From Yuukianura sp. NJ FZ-2021 (lineage: Eukaryota), in assembly GCA_046563655.1 (NCBI GenBank), contig CM102286.1:6200001-6264000 (forward strand): 64,000 nt of DNA, written 5' to 3'. The notes under the pieces are model-generated. The model was not told the origin of the DNA. It did not search any database and saw nothing but the letters and a program-made list of their open reading frames with translations. Both the position numbers and the translations under genes were made by a program. This document shows positions 26,330-41,103 of this stretch, piece after piece (the first letter of the stretch is position 1; every line of letters starts with the position of its first letter).

Positions 26330-29300
26330 CATTGGGAATTGAGTCATCAGAAAGAGTCTACAACAGGGAGTCGTCCATTTTAGTTATTTCGAAATTCTAA
26401 AGTAGTATTAAATTTTTAAGTTATGCTAGTAAAATTATCCTGAACTTTTAGACCAAGTCCTTTGGAAGGCATTTAAATCATAAATTATGTAGAATCACCT
26501 TCAAAACTTCTTCACATTCTTCAAATCAATTCCAATTCCAAAAACCTAACGTTCTAGTGTGAAGTTTAAACTAACCTACTAGCTAATCTTCTTCTAATCT
26601 TCTAGATAGAAATTTTAACAAAAATCGAAGTTTTCAAATTTTCAAAATTAAGACACATAAGCACGCGCTGACAAAATTTCTGAGAATACTTGCACGTTCC
26701 TATTTTCAAATTTTAGAGTTTCTTTGTTGTTTCAGTCGGTTTCGATTTCGTTGCTGCTGTAATCCAGCAGGTTAAAAAATTTTTGAACCTAAAAGTATGT
26801 ATAATGACTTTTAGAATGGAAAGTTTTTCGTTAAAGTGCAAAAATTTGGCAAGTTTTCGTTTTGATATTTTTGGTGTTGACAAAATTGTTTTGTTTTTTC
26901 GAACCGCTAATTTGACATTGCATAACTTCGGAAAGTTATATGCGCCGTGTTGTCTAAAATTTTCGGAACCTTAACTTGGATAAGCCAAGAGAGAAGAGCA
27001 AATCCAAAAATAGATTTCGGTTGATCTTTCTTAAAGACGAAGCGGATAACAGATGAAAAGCTTTAAGAGGCATGGGAGACAGGTGATTCAACGTATTGCT
27101 AAAAATGAATCTTTTGCGTTCCGATGCCCTTACGTCGACGTAACCCCATTACCAACAACGACACTACCGCTGAAATTCTATACTTAGAACGCCATCCCCA
27201 GATCAACGTCACACACAGAATTCGATCTCCTTCGATTTTTTTTCTTTAGTTACACTTTCCTTGTAATTCTGCTTCCCAATTTAACCCGAATTTGAAACTA
27301 GAGTTGAGAAACTTTCAATACGCTTGTTCTACACAAAGTCATGCGCATTATAATATCTTTCAAAATTAGTTGTTACAATTTTTCTTGGAAATGAGCCTTA
27401 ACATAGTCTGCATCATTATATATGATTCTACTTTTTTAAAACAGAAACTCCTACCGGTCTGAATAGAAGTACATGCGTGTTGTGCAGCTTGCGCATGCGT
27501 AGTCACCGATTTTTAATTTTTAAAATAATTTTGTAGCTCACATTCGTGTATTTAGCAAACAATGAAAAATTCCCAATTTGTTTTTTAATATATTGTGATA
27601 TTCATTTGTAATTTTCCAAAATATTGACACGTTTTAGTACCTTAGAAATTTTTTGGAATGTTGCAGCTTTTCAAAAATGACACAGACACTCAAGTAAAAA
27701 GAATAAAATACAGTTCGTATTTTAAGTTTAAATAGATTACATTTAAAGTAATTTGTAAACCTTTTAGGAATTAGTTTTAGAAAGATAAATTTTTCTGCCA
27801 ACTAAGCACGCTACACTTATTGTAAACAAATACACTTGACTCCACGAAAAATAAACTGTCTCAAATTAGTCATTTAAAATTACATTTGATTCTAAACGTT
27901 CGAAATTTCACTTACTCTTGCATAATCATGCATTTGAACTGATTGAAATTGTAATGTGAGAACAGTTTATTTCCACTCATCATCTTCCAAAAGTGTCAAA
28001 TTTTGGTTTACAAAATCTTGAAAAGATTGTTTATAAAAGTTCTTAGTTAACAAAATTTAAGAACTTGAACTCGAAAACAAGATAAAGCGCGTATCAAATT
28101 TAATTGTGATGACTTAATTACTAAGCAATTGTGAGCTCAAATGTCACGTTTAAGTGCAAACTTTTGTTAGCGTCGACTGGAAAACGAAGACGCTGATTTT
28201 CTATTTTTTTTTTGGTGACGACGCCTTTTGAATTCATAATTTGTTTTTAAAAATTGGCTCATCATTTTCATCTCTCACGCATAGTTTCGCATAGAACGTC
28301 ATCAACAGATCAAACTTGTTTGTTAAATCCTGGCAAGAAAACAGTGGCTCCAAGGATCAAGTGTCTGGAAATGGTTATGAGTTCAATGGTTACGCCATAA
28401 AGTGGTTATGCTACGCAACCTTTTGCTCATTTGGGTACTTCGACACATTGGAAATCCAACAAAAGTTGGAAGGGCTCATCCATTGAAAACTGGTGAACCA
28501 AGAGAAACTTAACATAGGAGTACTTAGGTTGAAGGGTGCCTAACCCTTAAGATGCGTCCCAGGAGACTTGAATCTTTTAAGATTGAAGGATTGGGAAACA
28601 ATAAAGTCTGGATTATGACGCCTGCGCCTTTTCCCTGCTCCAGTGACTGCTGCTCTTTTTTGATTTTCTTTTGTCCTTGACCAAATTCAAATTCAAAGGA
28701 GTTCGGGGGATTGAAAGTTTGTTTTAGAAAAAAAAAACATTTTGGGTCAATTTCTTCAAAACTCCGAAGAAAATGATGTTTTATCTGGAAGATCTCGCTT
28801 GGAAGTAAAGGTCTCATACGGTTGTATATAAAAGAATTAATCAGCCGAAACTAAAGTAAAGTAAACGCTGCAAGAGGGTTGGAATGAAATTTCGAGAGCA
28901 AGAATTTACTACAAAATACTAATTTCAAAAACAAAATGTAGAAAGAATACCAAACGTAATTAAATTAAATGTGTTTTGGGAATAGCACATCGTAACAAAA
29001 ACATTCCTATATGCAGTTAACCGTAAACAACCAGTAGGAGTTTTTAACTGATTTGGTTTAAAATAAAAAGTGCGATACTTTTGCAGTAGAATTGAAAATA
29101 ATCAATTACAAAAATTTTATGAACTCAAAAATTCTGTTGTAAAAATCGTAGCAGTAGGAATTTTCTTGAATGGTACACGAATTTTTTCATTTAGATAGTT
29201 AATATGAAGTATGGTTTAAAATTCTAATTAAAAAATTAATACCATAATCTTTACCACGAAGTATTCTCTCGACATTTGTATTTGTACCACCACCAATACT

Positions 29301-32300
29301 GAATACCGTTGACTGTACTGGTTAGCAGTAAATGCAATTTCTACTGGTGATATCGATGTCGCCGGGTTGACATTCAGCGACGACGGGACGACTTCACATC
29401 CGAGTTGCTTTGATTTGGAACAGACTTTCCTCTTCCTTAAAAGAAGCAACTTCTTCATTTTGAACTTCAAAAGCATTATTCAATTTTGTGGTTTCTTCCC
29501 GAAGCATCTTTAAATAAAAATTTACAAAACAAAACTAATGCTTAATTGAATTTTTATTAGTCTCACTCCTACCAATGTATCAATTGCCTTTAAATAAAAT
29601 TTATCTCCGATGAAGATTCAATACCTTTACGGATGATCGCGGTAGATGGAATGCTGGATCAAACAGTGCTGAATTGATTTCCTGGATGTCGTTGAGCAGC
29701 ATCTGAAACTGAAAGTTTTGCGACCTTTTCAATTCCTTGGACTTATATGGCTTCATCTTTTGAATTCTTTTTAAAATCTTGGCTCTGCTTCTCACAAAAT
29801 TGGCGATAAAGTCTGCGCGTACATGCGTCTTCGTAGAGGAACACATTTTTATTTCAAGCGACAAAACTAGCGATATCAGAAATCTGCTTCACTCTTATAC
29901 CACCACAAATTTTAAACCCTGGCGTCCTTCACCTGCAAACAATTTTTGATATTTCCGTGTCACCCTCACCAGACAAATTAACAGTAAGACTGAAACGTCG
30001 TGAGCGTGCGTTATCATTGAACAAAATTGAACAAAACACACGTTCGGCATTTCATTTGTCCTAGCAAGCATTCTAAGAAAACGTTTGTAATATCGCTGAA
30101 CTGTGACATGAATCATGAATCCATGATGCTAGGAGCTGGATGACTAATAAGCTTTCGGTGACAAAAAATTAATTTTAAAAATACTAAAAAATATTTAACA
30201 GATAATTTTAGTAAATTGTAAAACCCTACAACTATAGGAAGTCTTAACTAAATTGGTTTCTAGTTCAATAAAATCAAATTGGAATTAAATGCAAATTCAA
30301 AGCCAAACAAAAACACATTAACAATCAAGAGCCGGAGTTTGAATTCACAAAGAGAAAGTCGAAGCGTGTGGTCGATTTGAATTAAAAAAAAAGGTTACAC
30401 AGAAGTAGCAGTAGAAAAGTGAGAGTTTTCTTTTCTTTTTTTAAAGACTGATAATGCAATTGGATTTGTAAAAACACAGCAAATAAAAAAGTAAGCTTCA
30501 AAACAAATGTACGTAAAAGTAGAACAGACAGTGTAAGACACTGAAGTAGCTCGGCGTCCTTTAAGGGATTCATCATAAGCTTCTGAACAGAGCTAACTTT
30601 TGTTTTTTAATTTTCCCAATTTGTGCGCCCTTACCTGTGTTCATTTGCAGGATTTGTTCAACCACCCGCCTCGTTTTGTTCTTTACCTTATGCACTTTTC
30701 TATTGTTGTTAAATTCACCTACCAAATAATAATGAGCCGTATGCCTCTCGCCATCACCTCTGTCTATTTGAAATCCCCGCGGAACAAAAAATGCAACCCT
30801 CGGTGGAGGGAAATCACAAAATCAGATTTATTCCTTACGAGTTCCATGTTGATGATGGCTGATTGATTAAATTCGTTGTGACAAATTGTGTACACTGATG
30901 AGCACCAGAGATCTAACTTTTTGTAAGGGCCCTAGTTTCCAAATTCCCAAGGGCCCCTAACCTTTTAAGTACAGTATGTTGGAAAAGGTAAGGGTACTTC
31001 ATCTTTCAAAACTTTTGATCTTCAGTAGTGATAAAAGCCCAATTTCTCAAGAGACAAACGCGTCTTTCAAACACGTAAACATTTTGAAACACTGGAACTT
31101 GTTCTGAACGTACCCCTTTTAATCTTTTTACACGAATACAGCAATTTTCTAACATTTTCAAACACATGCTTACCACTGATTCCACTAACGTATGTGGACA
31201 CGTTAACATAACCTTAAGGAAAAATATTTAGACACGCCATTTAGAAACAGAAACACTATGGATAACAACCGTGCTTTAATTTTTATTAAATTACGATTAT
31301 TTTTATCATTATTTTAATTAATCTTCTTAGATTTGTTTTAAAAAATTGGAGAAAGTTTTCCAGAAAGCTTCAGAAAGTTTTCTACGAACTTTCTCTTTCA
31401 TAGATTTCGTTAACTTTCACTGGACTGATGACAGTATGAGCACACCGACGCGGGAATTCCGAAATCCAGCGGTGTCGCTGAAAACTTCTGCTGTGACGGG
31501 GAATGTCGCCTTGCTGGTGGTGGTGACCGTCGCTTTGTCACCCCCTCTGCATCCGAAGTTATACGTGCATCCCCATCCAGAGAACCAAGCATATCTTTTG
31601 AATCTATGATTCAACGGTCTCATATTTTACTTACCTCTATCGGAAACAAACATCTAAACAGTTTCAACCAAAATGGTTCTTCATGGATGAAACTAGACAC
31701 CTTCACAAATTCGGTTTCAGACCACACGACCTTTGACCTCAAAAAAATGTCTTCCACAATCCACCTAAACGTGATGCTGTCAAGATGCTTCTGCGTGTGC
31801 TTGTAAAACGTGCATATTTTCAGTGAAAGTTTTAGCGTTGGCGTCACATTGGGCTCCTGTCGCAAAACTTATGAACAATTTCTCATCATTATCCACAGTA
31901 GCATGCATGATACACGTTTTTATTTTGTTGTGTTCATAACTCCAAAGTATTGAATATTTTGTTTTTAAATAGGGTTGGCAGAGGCACGATGTACCTAGGG
32001 GAGATCAAGTTTCACCATCAGTCGTAGCCATAGTTACTTCCTTTGTCTATTTCTGGCTCAGTAATTTGATCTCATGATGCTCGTCATCTATCTTCTGCAT
32101 TTAATCAGCCACCCTACGTCGACTTGAATCTAAAAAAAGTAAAAGGGGCCCTTAATGCAACCTCAAAAAAGATTCCTTAATTTCTAACTTCTATTTGAAG
32201 GGATTCAGTGCTTCGAAAAATCAAAAACCAAATTCAACAAATCAGGCACCAAGTTCAAAAAAGCAAGAACTAAATTCTGGTTCTAATATACCGCAGAACA

Positions 32301-35088
32301 TTAATGTTGCACTAAATTTAAAAAATGATTTAAACTAATAAAAATAAGCTAACAATAGAGGAAGAGAGCAGTGAAGTGTGTTTAATGTACCGCAAAAGGA
32401 AGTAACTGCCCCTTGAGCCACTAAAGACATAATGATAGGCTTGGCTACTTGTAATAATAAATAAGATTTGTTTGGTCATTCCCACTCGTCGTCTCGATCT
32501 CCCCTTTGCGGTTTTTATATTTCTAGAGGGATCTGCAACTGAAATACGTTAGGTTACGTTTTTAGTGAAAGAACAACCGCAGTGTTATGGTTTATCGTTT
32601 CGGACCGGGTAAGAACATTACCCGGGTAGCAGCCGTTGGAGGTCTCTTTCGGCGAAGACTGTGACAGGATCAAAGAGCTTAAATCACAATTTTATTAGGT
32701 GGGACGGCACTATGGGGGTTTCAATTCAAAAAAAGGCGGGTCACTTTGGTTCCACTTTCGCTTGGAAGGGGCGTCGTTACTTTTTTTTCACAATTTTTTT
32801 TTGAACATGGTCGGTGACAATGGGATTTCCTTCACACTCGGCTGCTTTCACCAAGAAAAACCATGGGGAGGGAAATCACCGTCTTGGAGAAACATAGAAA
32901 ACTGCCGACATGGGACATTGAACCGTTTCGGAACCTATTTTTTTCAGAAAACGATTAATTTTTTGTGTAAGTCTTAAGTTTTTGAAGATCTGTTTGAAAC
33001 GGAACTAAAATTGCATTGCCAATCTTTTGAATTTAAGGCTTTTGGACGGGACCTTGGGAGATGAATTGGTACTTGGGTTGTTTAAATGGATTTTCTGCTG
33101 GTCTTTCATTAGAAGCGGGATTCAATTGTTAATGTGCCGATTTTGGTGGAGGTTCTCTATAATTTTTCATTGATCTCTTCCACTTCTAACCCTACAATTA
33201 GGGATAATGTGATCATGAAAAAATTATCCCAAATCAAAATCCATGTGAGGATGGAGTCAAACACTTTAATACTTACAGCAGATCACTTCCAAAGGTGTAA
33301 CTTTACTTAATTCCGCTTTCAAAACCAATCTACATAACAATATGTGAAACTGAGAAAATACTTGGTGAGGCGCCGATTGTAATCGAATTCTTAACACCTT
33401 CAATTGAGTACTAAAAACTAATTTGGTTTTCATTTAACGTTGAATGGAATTTGAAATTTTTCCATGCGTCACTTAAAGCATATGCATAACCAAGCTTGTA
33501 ATTGGCAAAAAGTTGAGTCGTAATTTACTAATATAACTAAAATTGTTTCAAGGTTTGTTAAAAAAAATCACAGAAAAATTCTGTTTTTTTAGATAGGAAT
33601 GTTTAAGTTCAATGCCATTTCGCGCTTTTCAACTAAGGGGATTCTGGCATTTTGAAGATTCCCACCCACGCGAATCAGTTCCAAGTTAATGGAGATTATA
33701 AATCATGAATTTAAGAAGAATCATACATCATACATCGTACATGAATCAAAACATTAAAGGAGTCCAAATCCATCATGTCATGCACTATAGTAATTTAGGG
33801 GTAAATAATAACGTTTCTCTAGCACATTACTCAATTTTTAACACATCCCTGTAATAATTTTTTTTACAAAAGTGGTAAATTGAATTTTAGCAAAAGAAAA
33901 AGAACACTGGAAAACAATAATTTAGTCCAAGATAACCTGGAAGTGTTTTTTGTTATTAAAATGAACCATATCATTATAACACCTTGAAATACAGAATATT
34001 TATTGCCACTATTGAGTACTTCTACAAGAATTGGTATAAAAATAGGATGTGGCGGTCATTGAACTGCTATTGAAATCTGAATACTTATTAAAACTTAAAT
34101 CAAAAATAGCTTGTAGTTTGCAGTGTAATTTCAAGTTTTCTGCAATGAAATTCGCAGTTTCAGAAAAATTTCAAACTTATCGAGTTCGGTCACATTTTTA
34201 ACATTTTTTTAATGAGTGCTGCTAAGTTGTTGTGTTGGATTGTTACTAAATATCGAGAGCAAAAAGAACAGGTACACGAATTCAGCATTTTGTGCACTGA
34301 AATCAGCGAATTTAAATACATTTTCCACGTTTGTCAAAGTTGGAAAAAATTAGTCAAAATTACGAAGAATTTGAATTTTAGGAAACATTTTACAGAAGAC
34401 GTCCACATTTCACTATTGTATCAACGTTTGGAATCTTTTCAAGATGTGGTTAGGGCAAGGGGAGACGCCGCAAAAAAATTACCATTCAAAATGTTGAGAG
34501 TGTAAATAAAGTGAAAGTAAAGAAAGAATATGACTCATTCATTTCAATTGATATCCCGTTCCCGTTTTGCTTGATTGAATGAATTTGACAGTCAGTGACA
34601 CACCCCAACCAAGGCAAGCCGAATACGAATTGAATTACTAACTCAGGAACAAGAATTAACCGAATGAGGAAGCTGTTAGTTCTAAATTAACTTTAGCTAA
34701 ACTTAAACAAATATTTCAGAAGAGCAAAAGGTAATTCACTTAATATTTACTACTGTTATCTTAATTATTTGTCGTAATAAATTTGTTTCTGCTGTCCTTT
34801 TAGATTCACGAACAGAATTTTTAGGTAGGCGACAGGGCAACACCGTCGTCACGACAGGTACAGACGCAGTCGTATGTGCAATACAAAATACTACTCTATC
34901 GAATAATGTAGTACATGTAATTGATCTTCAAACTGCTACATTACAAGAACAAGGAACGAAAATAAAAGATGCCATTTATTTTTAGATTTGCTCTCCAGCA
35001 CAGAATCCAAATCAGTAGAAGCCTAGTGCAAGTGCTGAGCTGAATGATATTTTACGAAAAGCCGACGAGTTGACAAGGATAGAGGAAC

Positions 35089-38000
35089 ATGACCGCCAAA
35101 AGTATAGAAGTCCAACTTCGTCATACAGAACCTGTAACTATTGGTCATCCGCGGGATTCGGAAGTCATCAAGTTTGGCGTCGTTTCTCCAAATAGAGAAG
35201 GCGGGGGATCAGGCGAACTGATTGAACTTCATCCAAATGATCAGCTGTCACAAGCATGTGTCACTGCTTGTCAAAGATGGGGTTACACTGATCCGTCCTT
35301 GTTTGCATTAAAATTCGCTGAACCTCCAGGGCATTATGTCACTGAGGCCACACGGAAAAATTTGTCTGGGAAAGTAGTGCTAATGGTCTACTCTCCGGAG
35401 AAAATTTCCAAAGACATCATATCAAAACTAAACGATCCCGGATCACTAGTAGTTGGCCTCAAGGAGCTGTCAACAAAAGCGTCGGATCCATCATTGGCGG
35501 AAGTCTTCGTAGCCCAAGAAGGTCTCAACAACTTGCTGGAGATTATCGAGAAAGATAAACTGGGGGAAAAAGAACAAAGTTTACAGTATGCCTTCCAGTC
35601 GCTATTGGATGTAATTTTTAGTTCCTTCCAAGCAACTTGGGATAAGATTCAGGGACCAGTATTATCTAAGTAAGTGAAGTTTGGCATTCAACTTTGGTTT
35701 ACATTCCATTGAATACAAAGTTGTGAGAAATTTTTAACAATTTTGTGTAGAATCATAAATTACATCAACAGTCCAAAAGGAAGTGGTCCTGAAAGGCTTG
35801 CGCTGAAGTCTGCTCTACAGGTGAGTTAAGTTAAGCATTCTGCAGATGGTTTGTCAACTTCTATCGTTGTTGATTTTGTTTTAATGGTGCCCATGAATAT
35901 CACTAACTTAGGTGTTGGAGAATGCTGTTCAGAATGGCACTGCTTACGAACAAATTGAAAAAGAAGTCACACTACCTACCCTGGTAAGCGCAAGCGGGTG
36001 AAGCTTTGCTTCTCGGAAACTTCCATCTTTCAACACTTCTCAAGATCTAGTTATAAAAGAAAAGTATTTAAAGTATTTTATAAGTATTTTGGGTTTTTTT
36101 AATGATATTTAGATTCATCACCTTAGCAGCGCGGATCGCGAGGTTCAGCAAAATGTCTTATCTTTGATCAATGCCCTTTTGAGCAGAGCCGAATCGTCAC
36201 GCCGGAAGCATCTCGCGGCGACGTTAAATTCTAAAAGTTATCGTGCTGTCGTTCTCAATCAAGTGGTGAGTAAATCGCGGTAATAGTTTTCCAGTAATGC
36301 TTTGATTCATACTTCAAAAATTCTGCAATGCCAGGTGAACAGAAACGGTGAGCGACCTGCTGAAACGAATCACCAGCTTTATGTTTTGCAAACTTTGTTG
36401 CTGAATTTACTTGATGAGCGGAAATCTACGCCAGTGCACCCTCAGGTACTATTTTATTTCGATAACATCTACGTGGCTAACGAGTTCTGTGTTGAGAAAT
36501 AAAATGTTAACTTTAGGATCAACAAGCACTGAACAGAATCAAAGATCTTTGTCGCATTGCATTTGATTCTGATGCCGGATTCTTCACCCCGGCTGGGAGC
36601 AGCGATTCCACTGCACCCCGGAAGGATAAGCCAAACTATTGTAGAGATTACAGAAAACTTGGCTTCCGCAACGAATTAAATCCTGCAGAAGATTTTGCTG
36701 TCACTCCACCGGGAATACTCGCTCTAGACTGCATGTGAGTCAAATATTTCATATCCATTGAATATGACGATAATTTTAGTGCACACTTCCGAACTCCATT
36801 TTTAGGTACCATTTAGCGCATACTCATGGAGAGACGTATAACAAACTTGTAATTGAAAGCGCTTATCGTGGAGCTGGAGATGACTTTCTGCTTCCCTTTG
36901 CTCGTGCATCAATTTCGTTAACAAATGTTTTGTGCGACATCCTTCGTGTCGGCGAAGCCCCCGGTGACCAAGAGGGCAAATTCTACCCCTTCTTTTTCCA
37001 ACATGTAGGGGAGCTTATAGTACTATCATAATGTAACCTAACCTTTAAATTGTTAGTGACATGTTCACGTTGGGGTTTGTGTGATGTTTTTTTTTAGGAA
37101 AAACCATTTGAAGAATTGTTTTGTATCTGCGCACAACTTGTTACCAAAACATGGAAAGAGATGCGAGCAACAGTGGAAGATTTTGACAAAGTATTTGATG
37201 TCGTCAGGGAACAAATCCGACGGGCATTAGATGTCATTCCAAAGAGCTTTTCAGCATTCCATGAGAAGTTAAATACTTTAACGTTTCATGAAATCACGAT
37301 ACTACGGGCACAGGAGCGATCCAGTCGTGAAGAAGGGGAGTTGCAAGTACGGTTTTGTCTTTTTTCAAATCCTATTTTACGTACTAATTTTACAACTTCG
37401 TTTGCCACATTTCTTTTATTTATTTCAGGCAAAACCAATTCAAGAATTGCGCAAGAAACTTATTCCAGAAATACAAAGTTTGATCAAGCAAAACCGCATC
37501 AATTTCCTTATTTCTGGCACTCGATTCAATAAGTTTGCCTCAAAAGGCTTGGTAAGTGCGAGTGCCAACACACTTAAGGTATATTGATTTTTTTGTTTTA
37601 CTTTGTTTCATCCTCGACTTGCTTAACCGAATTGCGTCAACTTTCAACTAACTACTTTCACGTTTCAACGTTTGTGATAATTGCACTAGCTTGAACTCTG
37701 CCTGTCGAATGGAGGAACACTCTCGCTGACTCATCTGTGTCAATCTTTTTTTGCACTGTTTTTTAATTTATTTTGTCAGAAACATAAATATGGCGGTGAT
37801 TTATTTAATTCAATGTTTGTTTTTCACAGCGAGTTAAAGAGAAATTTTGGTATTGCCGCCTGTCACCGAATGAAAAGACGTTCCATTATGGAGACTGTGA
37901 AGAAAAATCCAGTCCAATGCCGGAAGCACTCACAAACAAACTGCCCGTGGTAGAAATCAAAGAGTTGCTTACAGGAAAAGATTGTCCGCATATGAAAGAA

Positions 38001-38456
38001 TCAAAGTAATTTACAATTTAACATATATTTTCCCCTTTATCGGATTTTAATTTAATTGAGTGTGACTCTTTCAGAAAAAATCGGAACTGGCCGTATGCCT
38101 TCAGCATCGTTCAAGAACGAGAACCACTTCGGTCTGTCGATTTCATCGCACCGGATGAAAAGACGTTTGAATTGTGGACTGATGGAATTAACGCGCTCTT
38201 GGGTAAGAAACGAAAAACGAACTCAACTTAATTCTATTGTATAAGTAGTAAGTAGTATTGAAGGGGCTCCATTGAAATTACAGGAAAAGAAATGCAGAGC
38301 AATGAGGCTAAGTCAGACATGGATATTTTGCTGAACATGGAGATCAAATTGAGACTCTTGGACATTGAGGGTCTCACAATTCCTCAAGAACCACCACCAA
38401 TTCCTCCACCCCCACCCAATTATGATTTTGCGGCATTTTCAACATTTGCTACGTAG
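35089..38456 (+). CDS. Ced-12: Engulfment and cell motility protein (ELMO/Ced-12), multi-exon
   Basis: N-terminal FALKF...YVTE..RK; ELMO domain DYRKLGF...NPAEDF..TPPGILALDCM and KTWKEMRATVEDFDKVFDVVREQI; PH domain KFWYCRLSPNEKTFHYGDC; C-terminal MEIKLRLLDIEG...PPPIPPPPPNYDF, stop at 38454-38456. Confidence 0.96.
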
Positions 38457-38855
38457 AAGTATTCGTGTTTCAAACTGGGACCATCCTGTTTCCTGTCTTC
38501 GTTAATAAGTCAAGTCAATTCATAGTTAGAGATTACGTATAGCGTGACAATTCACAAAGTCATAGGCCATGTTAAAATATTAGGTTTCCTTTCTTCTTTT
38601 CGAAGTTTGTCCAGTTCAATTTTGAGAACACAAGCCCGTCAATGTGCATAAAATCGTCGTAAGTCCTGAACATTTGAGCAATTTTGCATGTCTTCTTAAA
38701 CTTTACTTGCGCTCATTTAGCAAATTAGAATACTTTTGAGCAAATTTCCCCCGTGTATTAGAGAAACAGTAATATTGAAGAAAGCTTAATTTAATATCAA
38801 AGTTAGTTTGTTTATAAACGATTGGATATTTTAAAGTAGCTGTCAATTAAAATCC

Positions 38856-39644
38856 TTACGAATTCTTTGGAGACTCTATTTGAATCGTTACTGGGCCATC
38901 ATTTGTAAGGTCGACAGCCATTTTAGCCCCGAATTTGCCTTCTAAATTACAATGAAAATATTGATTTAGAATAAGGTTGTAATGAGCTCTTATAATCGTG
39001 ACAATTTTGTCTCCACCTTTGACGAGATCCGGTTTATACGAGGTACGGAGTTTCTCCATGAACTTGTCAAAGAACTCTTTGGAAAGGGAGGCTGTCATCG
39101 CTTGGTGGAAATCGGGACTGTTACCTTTCAGTACATTGTACAAAGTGAACTGGCTTACACACAGGATCTGGGTTGACAATTTCATAAAATGCATGAACCA
39201 ATAACGTTCAGATATTTTTTGAGTATACAAGAATAACCTCAAAATCATTGTCGACGACATTTTTCTGCCATCTTTTCCCTTCAGTATTATTCCAGATTCG
39301 AAGTTTCAATATCTTGTTTACTCTATTAAAGGTAAATTTATTACACCGATTTCTCAAAATATCAATGAAAGAGTGCTTTAATTAAACTTTACATGTAGTC
39401 TATATCCTTATCTGTGTCATCTCTGGAGATTCCAACCAGAACACAAAGTCCAGGCCCAATTGAACTTACTAGGTCTCCCTGTACTGCAAATTAGTAGAAA
39501 CATGACAGATGAGAACTAAAATTAGAGAATTATGGTAACAGTAATGTACTCGAATTGGGTCCACAATACGATTGACGTAAATAAATAAATGTTTAAATTA
39601 CCTGTTACTTTCGCTTGTAGTACGCGTTGAACTACTATCCTCAT
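38856..39644 (-). CDS. DTD1: D-aminoacyl-tRNA deacylase 1, 5 exons
   Basis: MRIVVQRVLQAKVT...SSIGPGLCVLVGISRDD...KILKLRIW...ILCVSQFTLY...PDFHQAM...GKFGAKMAVDLTNDGPVTI. The SQFTL and NDGPVT signatures are present. Confidence 0.96.
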
Positions 39645-40192
39645 ACTGAAGACTTGATAATTGACGAAAGTTATCAATTTAATTGACAACCACGCTTAAA
39701 CTATTTAAATCAGAAAAAACGTAAACAAATCGGCCAAACAAAGAGCTACGTACTAAGTTATGGCGTGGATTCAGCAATTGAGTTGGGCATCAGCACTCTC
39801 CTGCTTAAAATATTTTTAGAATAGAACCTTGCGAAATCTTCTTGCAAAGTTTAGAAAACCATTACAATAAACTTCTTCCATTTCAAAATGGCTGTCACGG
39901 AGTCTGGAATTTATGAATGACGTTTATCCCAGACCGCATGTGGCGCCAAATGGTTATCAGATGCAAGCTGCTGAAAGTTTTAGCATGAAACTGGATGGAT
40001 TAGCTTTCACAATCACCGCTATGGAGAATTTTGGGATTTGGAGACAATGGAAGAACGATGTAAGTACCACAAGGGGTCCATCCGAGAAGACATAATAAAA
40101 TTTAATGCTCCAGACTTCAGGTCATCGCTGTGGCTACTTGGGCAGATATTTGTCCAGATTCAGTCCGAGTCGCTGTTGAGAGTTCTTGAAGT

Positions 40193-40847
40193 ATGGAGCT
40201 CCGAAATATTTTAGTTCTCATAACCTCGCTCCTAATTTCTCCAAACTTGTCTCACGCCTGTGAAACTTTGCCTTCAGATCTTCATATAATTAAAGGTAAC
40301 TTTTCGACGTAATTAATGTGATATTTGCCAACTATATTGGTTATATTTTATACATGTCATAATAAAATATGTTAATATTTCAAGAAATTTACGGACCCGA
40401 CGGGATACTCCAGCGGACATGTGAAGGTGAATAAAATCGGCTCCGTTGACTTGCTTAGAATCATATTTGGCAAACATACTCCAAAATTAGGTCAATTTTT
40501 CCTAACATGTAGGCAGCATTGCTGTGAGTAAATGCGAAGGAGGATGTGAGTCCAAAGTACGTCCGTCGGCCATTTCTCATTCCGGATTCATAAAGGTAAC
40601 TCGAGAGAAACGTCAAAGCTTTCAAGAAATTATTTTGGGATTTCAAAAATCGGTTACCCCGTTAAATTTTAACTAGGAATGTCATTGTTGTCGGGAATCT
40701 GTCCTTCGGAGTCGTGAAGTTATGCTTCGGAAATGCTATGATGCTGATGGAGGACTTCTTCATGGAGATTTGGCCAAATTCTCAATGACGCTCCGAGAAC
40801 CTGTGGACTGCAAATGCTTCCGATGTGGTGACGGTACTGGAAACTGA
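40193..40847 (+). CDS. pburs: Bursicon beta subunit (partner of bursicon), 4 exons: 40193-40295, 40385-40426, 40513-40595, 40677-40847
   Basis: Spliced product MELRNILVLITSLLISPNLSHA-CETLPSDLHIIKEIYGPDGILQRTCEGSIAVSKCEGGCESKVRPSAISHSGFIKECHCCRESVLRSREVMLRKCYDADG...LREPVDCKCFRCGDGTGN*. It has a signal peptide and the 11-Cys bursicon-beta pattern. Confidence 0.95.
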
Positions 40848-41103
40848 TGAATCCGCATATGCGCTTTTGTTTTTAAACGACTTTTATTTAAACGTTCTTA
40901 TAAATCAAACAGCCGTAATGCAAAATTTCAAGTAATAAATGATTTTCATTTTCCTCAATGTAATATTTAGATTAACCTATCTCGAATTGAGTTTAATGCT
41001 TGCAATTGAATTTTAAGTATTATGGATTATAATGTGAATTGAGAGCTCGCCTTCAAGATTTCTGTGTGGATTGCTTTATATTTGATTCGATTCCGTTTAA
41101 TCC

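Noticed and set aside
28500..33200. Short coding-like ORFs downstream of sine oculis (faint MATH-like stretch at 31620-31865, BED-like SLWFHF near 32740)
   Set aside because: Motifs are too weak, stops are frequent and no consistent gene model could be built.
37781..37796. Candidate micro-exon in an ELMO intron
   Set aside because: It is 16 nt and would shift the frame; the flanking exons already join in phase.
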